The notes under the pieces are model-generated. The model did no database searches, was not told the origin of the DNA, and worked only from the letters and a program-made list of their open reading frames with translations. 32,000 nt of DNA, from NCBI GenBank assembly GCA_000830275.1, contig CP010424.1, positions 30,001 to 62,000 on the forward strand, in the 5' to 3' direction. A program made the translations under genes and the position numbers. This document shows, piece after piece, positions 1 through 6,002 of the stretch; positions within the stretch are counted from its first letter, which is position 1, and the number at the start of each line of letters is the position of its first letter. This DNA comes from an archaeon GW2011_AR10 (lineage in GTDB: Archaea > Iainarchaeota > Iainarchaeia > Iainarchaeales > GW2011-AR10).

Positions 1-951
1 GAACCATGAAGCAGCATCTTCCGTTGTTGAGTACTTTGCGGAATTTATCTCTACCCTGAGCTGAATGTCCTCCATTTTGTTTGGGTTTTTGTTCTTCACC
101 CTTATTGTCTGCTGTGCAATGCCGCCCTCAAACGTTGTCAGCCTCATTGTGCCGCGCGGCGAAACCTCCATTTTTCTTGAATCGAACTGAATCAAAGCAA
201 AAGAAGCATTAATGATTGCATTGGGGTTATCCTGGCCCTTTATTCGGATTTTTCCTGAAAGGTTTTCTCCAAACAGCGAGGATGCAAGGTCCTCTCTAAC
301 CTGCAATTCAAGCTCTGCTGTAAACTGGCCTGGTGGAACAGTCAACGGCTTGGGGTAAGAGAAGCTCATCCTTTTGCTGTCCAACGCTCCCTCGAACACA
401 AACTCTATTGCTTGGGGTGTTGACTCGTTGTTGGTTACTGTAACCGTAACAATTTTTTTTTCTCCTGAAAGAAGTTTTTCCGGGAACTCTCCGCTTAATG
501 ATATATCAACGTTTTCCTCTAGTTTCAAGGAAATTTCAGTGTTTCCCTTAACTTCTATGGGGTAACTGCGCAGAGCCTTGAAGCCAGAAGCGTTGACCGT
601 TACAGTGTAGGAGCCATCCTTTAAGCTGAGAGTGTCTCCAGAGTTGATTCTTTCAATTTCTTTTCCCCCTGAATCGAACACCCTTATGGTGGCGCCAGAA
701 ATAGTCTGCCCCTCAGTGCTTAAAGCGGTTATTGAAACAGTTCTGAAGCTTCCAACGAGGAAATCGTACGCAAAATAGGCTATGCCGATTAGCACAATCA
801 CTGCCACTATTTTAAGCCAGTTGCCTTTGAGGAAGTCAATTGCACCGCCAATGATGGCGCCAGCGCCGCTTGGTTCAGAGCCAAAATCTATTTCGCCCTC
901 ATGCGGCACATCGTAGCGCCTTGAAGAGTCATCATCGTACATGGCTGCCAT
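1..951 (-). CDS. Membrane-anchored surface protein with Ig-like / carboxypeptidase-regulatory-like repeats (start is in the window, 3' end runs off the left edge)
   Basis: Absent from the ORF track because it has no stop in the window. The ATG at 951-949 is preceded by an in-frame stop (plus tca 952-954). I checked every plus-strand triplet from 1-3 to 949-951 and none is TTA/CTA/TCA, so 317 codons are open to base 1. The translation starts MAAMYDDDSSRRYDVPHEGEIDFGSEP, has one hydrophobic helix (WLKIVAVIVLIGIAYFAYDFLV), then beta-rich modules (ISGATIRVFDSGGKEIERINSGDTLSLKDGSYTVTVNASGF; GEKKIVTVTVTNNESTPQAIEFVFEG). Confidence 0.6.
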   Translation of the reverse strand, partial: MAAMYDDDSSRRYDVPHEGEIDFGSEPSGAGAIIGGAIDFLKGNWLKIVAVIVLIGIAYFAYDFLVGSFRTVSITALSTEGQTISGATIRVFDSGGKEIERINSGDTLSLKDGSYTVTVNASGFKALRSYPIEVKGNTEISLKLEENVDISLSGEFPEKLLSGEKKIVTVTVTNNESTPQAIEFVFEGALDSKRMSFSYPKPLTVPPGQFTAELELQVREDLASSLFGENLSGKIRIKGQDNPNAIINASFALIQFDSRKMEVSPRGTMRLTTFEGGIAQQTIRVKNKNPNKMEDIQLRVEINSAKYSTTEDAASWF

Positions 952-1009
952 TCAATAGGTAGTTAAAACCACTATTAAATACTTTTGGTGAAAAAATAAG
1001 TTGAGCTGC

Positions 1010-1396
1010 ATGAAGGTAGCGCTGATCTCAAGCAGGCAGGCCGCCATAAATTTTTTGCCTGAGCTGCAGGAAGCTCTTGAGAAAAAAATACTCGACATTG
1101 AAGTAGAGCAGTTTGAAGTGCAGCTAAACACTGATATTCCCAGGAAAACAAAAGGCCTATTGGGCTTTGACATGATTTTTGTTTCAATACCCTTCAAAGA
1201 GGAAACCCAAAAAATAAGAATCCTGATCCAGAAACTTGTTGACTTGGATTTAGCAGCAGAGTCAAAGATAATCAATGGCGTTGAAGAAATCCAGCTGGAG
1301 GAAGACCTCTCGGCAGAGGAAGCAAAGGAAATTAAAAAATCAGAAGCCGAGAAATGGAGCAACATCATTTTAGAAAAAATTCTTGAAGCCCAATAG
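1010..1396 (+). CDS. Hypothetical protein (128 aa), alpha/beta N-terminal half with an acidic helical tail
   Basis: The ORF track gives 1001..1396 from TTG; the first ATG at 1010 gives MKVALISS. The pattern alternates hydrophobic strand and helix, followed by EEDLSAEEAKEIKKSEAEKW. The overlapping minus ORF 952..1368 is a Ser/Phe-rich shadow. No family recognised. Confidence 0.45.
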   Translation: MKVALISSRQAAINFLPELQEALEKKILDIEVEQFEVQLNTDIPRKTKGLLGFDMIFVSIPFKEETQKIRILIQKLVDLDLAAESKIINGVEEIQLEEDLSAEEAKEIKKSEAEKWSNIILEKILEAQ

Positions 1397-1424
1397 TTAT
1401 CGGCCTTTTAGGCGTTGAAGGGCA

Positions 1425-2495
1425 TCACTTTTTGTTTTTCTTTTTTTTACCTGTGCTTTTCGTTTCCTGGAGTTTCTGGATTTTTTTCTCTTTCTCTGAG
1501 AGAATTTCCCTGAGGTGCTTTAACAAGCTGGTTTTCTCTTCAAGGTCTTTCTGCATTTCCACAATGCTTTTCTTGAATTTGTTGAAAGCTTCAGTTTTCG
1601 CGTTTTCTTTTTCGTGCTCTAAATCCAGCAGTTCCTTGGAGTAGGTGCGGCGAAGCTGCAGAGTTTCATGCTCTATGTCTAACACGATTTTTTTCGCGTA
1701 GTCCCGCTCTTTTTTTAACATCAGAATCACTTCTAGCGCTTTTTTCATGAACTGGCTTGTAAGCTCCTCGGTTGCCTTTATTCTGCCATCAAGCTCCTGC
1801 TGGCTTGCAAGCAGCATCTCAACGCTTTTCCTGTTGGAGTCAAGCTCTTTTTCCAAAAGCGTTGAATGCCTTTCAAGGTTTCTGGAAAGCTCCTGCAGTT
1901 CCATTTCAAGGTCAGAGGAAGTGCCTTCCTCAAGCCTTCCAACCAATGACTTGTTCCTCAGCTCCTCGTACCTGTGCTTCAGGTTCTGGAACTCGTCCTC
2001 TTTTTGCTCAAGCAGCTCAAGAATGTTTCTTTTATGCGAGCTTTCCATGAAAGGCCTTGCTTCTTTCTTTCGCAGGAAAAGGTCAACCCTTTCAAGGGCA
2101 TAGCGTGTCTTCAGCAGCATTCCCAGCACTTTCTGCTCCAGTTCAGAGTAAAGCTCTTTCGAACCTGTTTCATCGCCCAGCTCTGCAATGCCTCGCTCTC
2201 TTGCGCGCTGCAGCCTTGATTCCTCCATTTTCTGGTTTCTTTTCAGCAGGGAAATTAGCTCGCCTAATTCCTTGGAGTGCTTTCCTATATCAGGGCCATT
2301 AAGCGCTTGCCCCTCAAAGTTTAGCTGAAGTTCCTCCAGCAGAGCTGCTGTTTCCTCCAGCGATGAAATGGTTTGGGTGAGGTTGTAAATGAAGGAGTTT
2401 CTCGTGTAATCCTTCCACTGCTTCCCGCTTATTCTGCTTTGAAGCTCTTCAACTTCCTCGTGAACCTTTTGTGCCAGTACAATGGACTCAGCCAT
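1425..2495 (-). CDS. Coiled-coil protein (356 aa) with a Lys-rich C-terminal tail
   Basis: Almost the whole ORF is heptad-like E/K/L/Q sequence (for example ELQELSRNLERHSTLLEKELDSNRKSVEMLLASQQELDGRIKATEEL) and it ends STGKKKKNKK. The plus-strand ORFs lying over it are low-complexity shadows. No enzymatic motif seen. Confidence 0.6.
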   Translation of the reverse strand: MAESIVLAQKVHEEVEELQSRISGKQWKDYTRNSFIYNLTQTISSLEETAALLEELQLNFEGQALNGPDIGKHSKELGELISLLKRNQKMEESRLQRARERGIAELGDETGSKELYSELEQKVLGMLLKTRYALERVDLFLRKKEARPFMESSHKRNILELLEQKEDEFQNLKHRYEELRNKSLVGRLEEGTSSDLEMELQELSRNLERHSTLLEKELDSNRKSVEMLLASQQELDGRIKATEELTSQFMKKALEVILMLKKERDYAKKIVLDIEHETLQLRRTYSKELLDLEHEKENAKTEAFNKFKKSIVEMQKDLEEKTSLLKHLREILSEKEKKIQKLQETKSTGKKKKNKK

Positions 2496-2572
2496 AAATT
2501 CCCCTATAACTATGATGATTATCTATATAAATTATTTTTGCAGCTCCGTTCAACCAAAAAGATGCCTGGCTT

Positions 2573-2896
2573 TCAAATCCAGTTTGAGTCTACAAGATGC
2601 ATGAAGGCAGCCTGGTCAGCTTTGGTTATTTGCATTTTTTTTCCTTCCACGCTGTAAACTGCTGCAAGTGAAAGGTTTCTGATAAGCCCTATTTTTTTGC
2701 CATTTGGGGTTTCAAGCACAACAAACGTTTCTTTGCTCTTGCGGACAGCAGTTTTTTCTAGAATTTCTTCGGCCAGTTTTTTCTGAATGCTGTTTGCTGG
2801 CTTTCTGGAAAAAAACCCGGAGAAAAACCCGCCAATTCGGAGGCGCCTGGACTTCATGTAAAAGATTACTGTGAAGTGGTTAATAATTTTTTCCAT
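2573..2896 (-). CDS. Small hypothetical protein (107 aa; possibly starts at internal MKSRRL)
   Basis: Only an ORF of plausible composition (basic N-terminus, then KETFVVLETPNGKKIGLIRNLSLAAVYSVEGKKMQITK, beta-rich). It is divergent from the beta-CASP gene across an AT-rich gap. No family recognised. Confidence 0.35.
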   Translation of the reverse strand: MEKIINHFTVIFYMKSRRLRIGGFFSGFFSRKPANSIQKKLAEEILEKTAVRKSKETFVVLETPNGKKIGLIRNLSLAAVYSVEGKKMQITKADQAAFMHLVDSNWI

Positions 2897-3013
2897 GGAA
2901 CTTTGCTGTTCTTTCCTGTTCCAAAAAATAAAATGTTTCAGGAAAACCAGTGCAGTTAAGTACTACCAGAAATTTATTTATATTACTTCCACCTATTCTC
3001 TTAGGTCTTCACA

Positions 3014-3994
3014 ATGCAGTTTTCAGGGGAACACGGGATACGCATCCGCCACGACTCGGATTTGTTTATTGACGCCTGCGGAGTGAAAGGAAAAAACATC
3101 ATAGTAAGCCATGCCCATTCCGACCACGCAAAAATAACCTCTGCCAACAACTACTTTATGTCAAGGGAAACTGCCTCGCTTTTGCACTTGAACGGAAAAG
3201 AAAAGGTAAAGGAAGTTCCGTTCGGCAAAAAGTTTGAGGTTAATGGCTTCGAGGTGTCAATGTACAATTCCGGTCACATTCTCGGGGCAGCACAGCTGAA
3301 AGTATGCAACGGCAAAGAGGTTGTTGCAACAACCGACTTCAAGCTGCAGAAAAGCATCCTCCTTGAGCCAGCTGAAATACTTCACGGAGATGTCCTGCTG
3401 ATGGAGAGCACTTTCGGTTTGCCAGAATACATTTTTCCTGAAAGGCAACTGGTCTATGAGGACATGATTAAGTGGGTTAACTCCCAGCTAGCGCTAAAAC
3501 GCTTTGTTGTGTTGGGGGGTTATGCGACTGGAAAAGCGCAGGAGCTCACAAAAGTGGTGAACGAGTTTTTGAATGAGACGCCGCTGGTGCACAAGCGGGT
3601 TTTCGAACAGAACAAGGCATACGAGTCAAACGGCGTAAGGCTTGGTTCCTTCATTGAATTGAACCACAACCTTGATGAAGCAGACATCCTAATACTGCCG
3701 CCGCACTTTATCAGCGATGACTTGCTTCACGCAGTTTCACTGCAGTCTGGGAGAAAGGTAAGCTGTGCAATTGCAACCGGCTGGCGGGGCAGCAAATTCA
3801 AGACTTTTCCTTTAAGTGACCACGCTGACTTCAGGCAATTGCTTGGTTATGTGAAGGAGTCAGAGCCCAAGATGGTGTTAACGCACCATGGCTTTGACAG
3901 GGAGCTGGCAAAAAGCATTCAGAAAAAACTCGGGGTGCCGGCAAAGTCGCTGCAGGATTCAAACCAGAAAACGCTTCAGGAATTCTTAAGCTGA
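3014..3994 (+). CDS. Short-form beta-CASP family metallo-beta-lactamase-fold nuclease
   Basis: All diagnostic motifs occur in order: SHAHSDH (HxHxDH), NSGHILGAA (motif 3 His), TTDFK (motif 4 Asp), LLMESTFG (beta-CASP motif A), LSDHAD (motif B) and VLTHHG (motif C). At 326 aa it has no KH or other N-terminal RNA-binding domains. Confidence 0.8.
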   Translation: MQFSGEHGIRIRHDSDLFIDACGVKGKNIIVSHAHSDHAKITSANNYFMSRETASLLHLNGKEKVKEVPFGKKFEVNGFEVSMYNSGHILGAAQLKVCNGKEVVATTDFKLQKSILLEPAEILHGDVLLMESTFGLPEYIFPERQLVYEDMIKWVNSQLALKRFVVLGGYATGKAQELTKVVNEFLNETPLVHKRVFEQNKAYESNGVRLGSFIELNHNLDEADILILPPHFISDDLLHAVSLQSGRKVSCAIATGWRGSKFKTFPLSDHADFRQLLGYVKESEPKMVLTHHGFDRELAKSIQKKLGVPAKSLQDSNQKTLQEFLS

Positions 3995-3998
3995 TTGC

Positions 3999-4805
3999 AT
4001 GAAGCTTTTTGCTCCTGTTCCAAAACTGAAATTTTTTGGTCTTGTTTCAAGGGCAAAGGTTTCACTGGTTTTTTTCTTTGCGCTGCTGGCTGCATACTTT
4101 TTTCTTTCAGGCGGCAACCTCTTCATTCCGCAGCAGGCAATTTTTTCGCTTTCTTTCGGCTGGGGTGCATTGCATAACGCTTTCTTTTTTGAATTCGTGC
4201 AGAAAAGCCTTTTTCATCTCACAGCAAACATTGTTTCCTTTCTTTTCTTTGCATTGATTGTTGAGCTTGCGCTTTCAGGCCTTGACGTTTTGCTGGTTTT
4301 CTTTTTTGCGTCAATTGCTTCAGCACTTGTCTTTCTACTGTTAAACCCAAGCACTGTTTTGTTCGGCTCAAGCGCTGGAGTAAGCGGCCTTCTCGGAGTT
4401 GCAGCTGTGCTCTCCCCCAGAAAAACCGCTGCAGCAATAATTGCAGTGGTTCTGCTGCTCAACTTCCTTGTTGTCCCATTTGTTTCGGAAACCCTGAAAG
4501 CAGAGGAAGCACGGCTTCAGGAAAAACAGGGGTTGCTGGAAAAAGACTTGAACCGTGCGCTGGCAGGCGGCGACAAGAACAGGGCTGCTGCAATCAAGGA
4601 ACAGTTAGGGAAGGCCGAGAAGGAAGCAGCTGAATTTGACTTAGGCAAATTGTTTGACGCTGTCACTGGCACCGACTTCTGGATTCACGGTTTGGGGGCA
4701 TTTTTCGGTTTGGCTTACTTGTTTTTCTTCCGCAGGGAAAAGTTCTGGCACGCGCTGAAAGAGATTTCCGGAAAAGTGAAGAAATATAAATCAGGAAGGC
4801 ATTAA
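3999..4805 (+). CDS. Rhomboid family intramembrane serine protease with a long insertion before the last helix
   Basis: HLTANIVSFLFFALIVE (TM2 HxxxN motif), GSSAGVSGLLG (GxSxG catalytic Ser helix) and WIHGLGAFFG (catalytic His helix). Several hydrophobic helices. Starts 4 nt after the beta-CASP stop. Confidence 0.75.
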   Translation: MKLFAPVPKLKFFGLVSRAKVSLVFFFALLAAYFFLSGGNLFIPQQAIFSLSFGWGALHNAFFFEFVQKSLFHLTANIVSFLFFALIVELALSGLDVLLVFFFASIASALVFLLLNPSTVLFGSSAGVSGLLGVAAVLSPRKTAAAIIAVVLLLNFLVVPFVSETLKAEEARLQEKQGLLEKDLNRALAGGDKNRAAAIKEQLGKAEKEAAEFDLGKLFDAVTGTDFWIHGLGAFFGLAYLFFFRREKFWHALKEISGKVKKYKSGRH

Positions 4806-4812
4806 TTTTCTT

Positions 4813-5220
4813 ATGCGGTTTGGTTTCAGAAAAAAGCGGAAGCCAAAAAAGCCTGCCTCAGGAGATAGTGGTTTGGAGGAGTTTGTGCCGGATAAGGGCA
4901 CAACGCAATTGAGGAGGGCTTTTGTGGGAAAGTTTGCCTTGCCTGATGCAAGGTTGCGTAGAACTCTTAATTCGCTTGAGAAAAAATTTTCAGAAACAAG
5001 GGAAGGAAAAGGCCTCTTGAAAACACTCAGGAACGCAAATTCAAGGCTTGACAGAATGCGAAGTTCACAGTCTCTTTACCGCTCTTATGTTTCCGCCCAC
5101 ATCCAGTTCACTGAGGGCATGATCAGGTTTGCACAAAAAAGTGGTGCGCTCCCTGCAGTAATTGAGCAGCTCAGGTTCGAGTCCAAGGAATGGCACTCCC
5201 GCCTCATGAAAGCCCGCTGA
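4813..5220 (+). CDS. Small basic helical orphan protein (135 aa)
   Basis: ATG at 4813. Basic N-terminus MRFGFRKKRKPKKP. The C-terminal ~45 aa are alignable to the next ORF (FAQKSGALPAVIEQLRFESKEWHSRL vs FARSEGSYATVIASIQGELKSWQGKL). Confidence 0.5.
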   Translation: MRFGFRKKRKPKKPASGDSGLEEFVPDKGTTQLRRAFVGKFALPDARLRRTLNSLEKKFSETREGKGLLKTLRNANSRLDRMRSSQSLYRSYVSAHIQFTEGMIRFAQKSGALPAVIEQLRFESKEWHSRLMKAR

Positions 5221-5265
5221 TTGCTCTTGCGCAAGTATTTAATATTCCAATTCCCTATTTCTATT

Positions 5266-5718
5266 ATGTTTTTTATTATGTTCAGGGTGCCTGGAGCGCT
5301 AAAAGGAAAACATTTAGTTGGAGGGCAAGGTGCCGCTAGTAAGGCTGCTCAAAGAAAGGCTCGCGATTCTGTTTCCCCCAAAAAACTTGAAAAGGCAGCG
5401 CGCTTTAGTGCACTTCAGAAAAAACGGGTTACAAAGCTGTTCAATGAAAACGCTGTGGGCATTCTTTTAATGAAGAAAATCTGGTCTGCTGCCAGTGATT
5501 ACAGTAGAAGGGTTGAAATGTATTCCCGCCAAAAAATTGGTGCGGAAGAGGCTTTGACTATTGAGAGAACCCATAAGAAGTTGGTTTCAGCAAATGTAAA
5601 ATATTATGAAAGCCTGCTCGAGTTTGCGAGGAGCGAGGGCTCTTATGCTACAGTGATTGCCTCAATTCAGGGAGAATTAAAGTCGTGGCAGGGCAAGCTT
5701 CTTACATCCAGGAACTAA
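5266..5718 (+). CDS. Small basic helical orphan protein, tandem paralog of 4813..5220
   Basis: The track ORF starts at TTG 5221. I prefer ATG 5266 (or 5278, MFRVPGALKGK) because a TATA-like tatttaatat lies at 5235-5244, about 25-30 nt upstream, which would give a leaderless mRNA. The C-terminus is paralogous to the preceding ORF. Confidence 0.5.
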   Translation: MFFIMFRVPGALKGKHLVGGQGAASKAAQRKARDSVSPKKLEKAARFSALQKKRVTKLFNENAVGILLMKKIWSAASDYSRRVEMYSRQKIGAEEALTIERTHKKLVSANVKYYESLLEFARSEGSYATVIASIQGELKSWQGKLLTSRN

Positions 5719-5778
5719 TGCTGTTGCCTTTCGTCTGCATCCATTTGCCTGGAATTAGCCTTTTATTATTACCCTTAA

Positions 5779-5790
5779 AGTATATAATAT
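5779..5790 (+). promoter_or_regulatory. Candidate archaeal TATA box for the aspS-gat operon
   Basis: agtatataatat sits in a 285-nt AT-rich gap. A start about 25 nt downstream (~5810) would put the whole hairpin array in the 5' leader. Sequence resemblance only. Confidence 0.4.
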
Positions 5791-5817
5791 AGCAAAATGC
5801 TTGTGTTTTTGAACAAA

Positions 5818-5967
5818 TAGCGAATGACTTTAATAATGGTAAAAAACAAGTCATTCGCTAGTCGCAAAAGACATTAAGAAATTACCAAAACCAATGTCTT
5901 TTGCTAAAAAACTGCATTTTGCAACCAGCAAACAGCAAATTAAATGTTAAAAATCAAGCTGTTTGCT
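5818..5967 (+). promoter_or_regulatory. Three tandem perfect hairpins (structured 5' leader, or a REP-like palindrome array) upstream of aspS
   Basis: H1 arms 5818-5830 tagcgaatgactt / 5848-5860 aagtcattcgcta (13 bp, 17-nt loop). H2 arms 5864-5875 gcaaaagacatt / 5893-5904 aatgtcttttgc (12 bp, 17-nt loop). H3 arms 5927-5936 agcaaacagc / 5958-5967 gctgtttgct (10 bp, 21-nt loop). All stems are mismatch-free and all loops are A-rich. Confidence 0.7.
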
Positions 5968-6002
5968 ATATGGCTAATAGTTGGTGTACTGGTGAGCGTT
6001 TA

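Noticed and set aside
3995-4257. Alternative-frame ORFs 3995..4177 and 4036..4257 at the start of the rhomboid gene
   Set aside because: They overlap the rhomboid reading frame, which carries the family motifs. The alternatives are Phe/Cys/Ser-rich shadows.
5818-5967. T-box riboswitch or CRISPR-like interpretation of the three hairpins
   Set aside because: I see no T-box consensus (AGGGTGGTACCGCG-like) or specifier-loop/antiterminator architecture, and T-boxes are not established in archaea. The three palindromes differ from one another and have no repeat-spacer periodicity, so this is not a CRISPR array. The GAC/GTC triplets (Asp codon/anticodon) inside stems 1 and 2 are too short to mean anything.
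5901-6002. TTG-initiated N-terminal extension of aspS in the ORF track (MLKNCILQPANSKLNVKNQAVCYMANSWCTGERL)
   Set aside because: It runs through hairpins 2 and 3 of the leader and has no AspRS-like sequence. The ATG at 6003 has a GGTGA Shine-Dalgarno 7 nt upstream and gives the canonical bacterial-type N-terminus MQRTHSCGEL.
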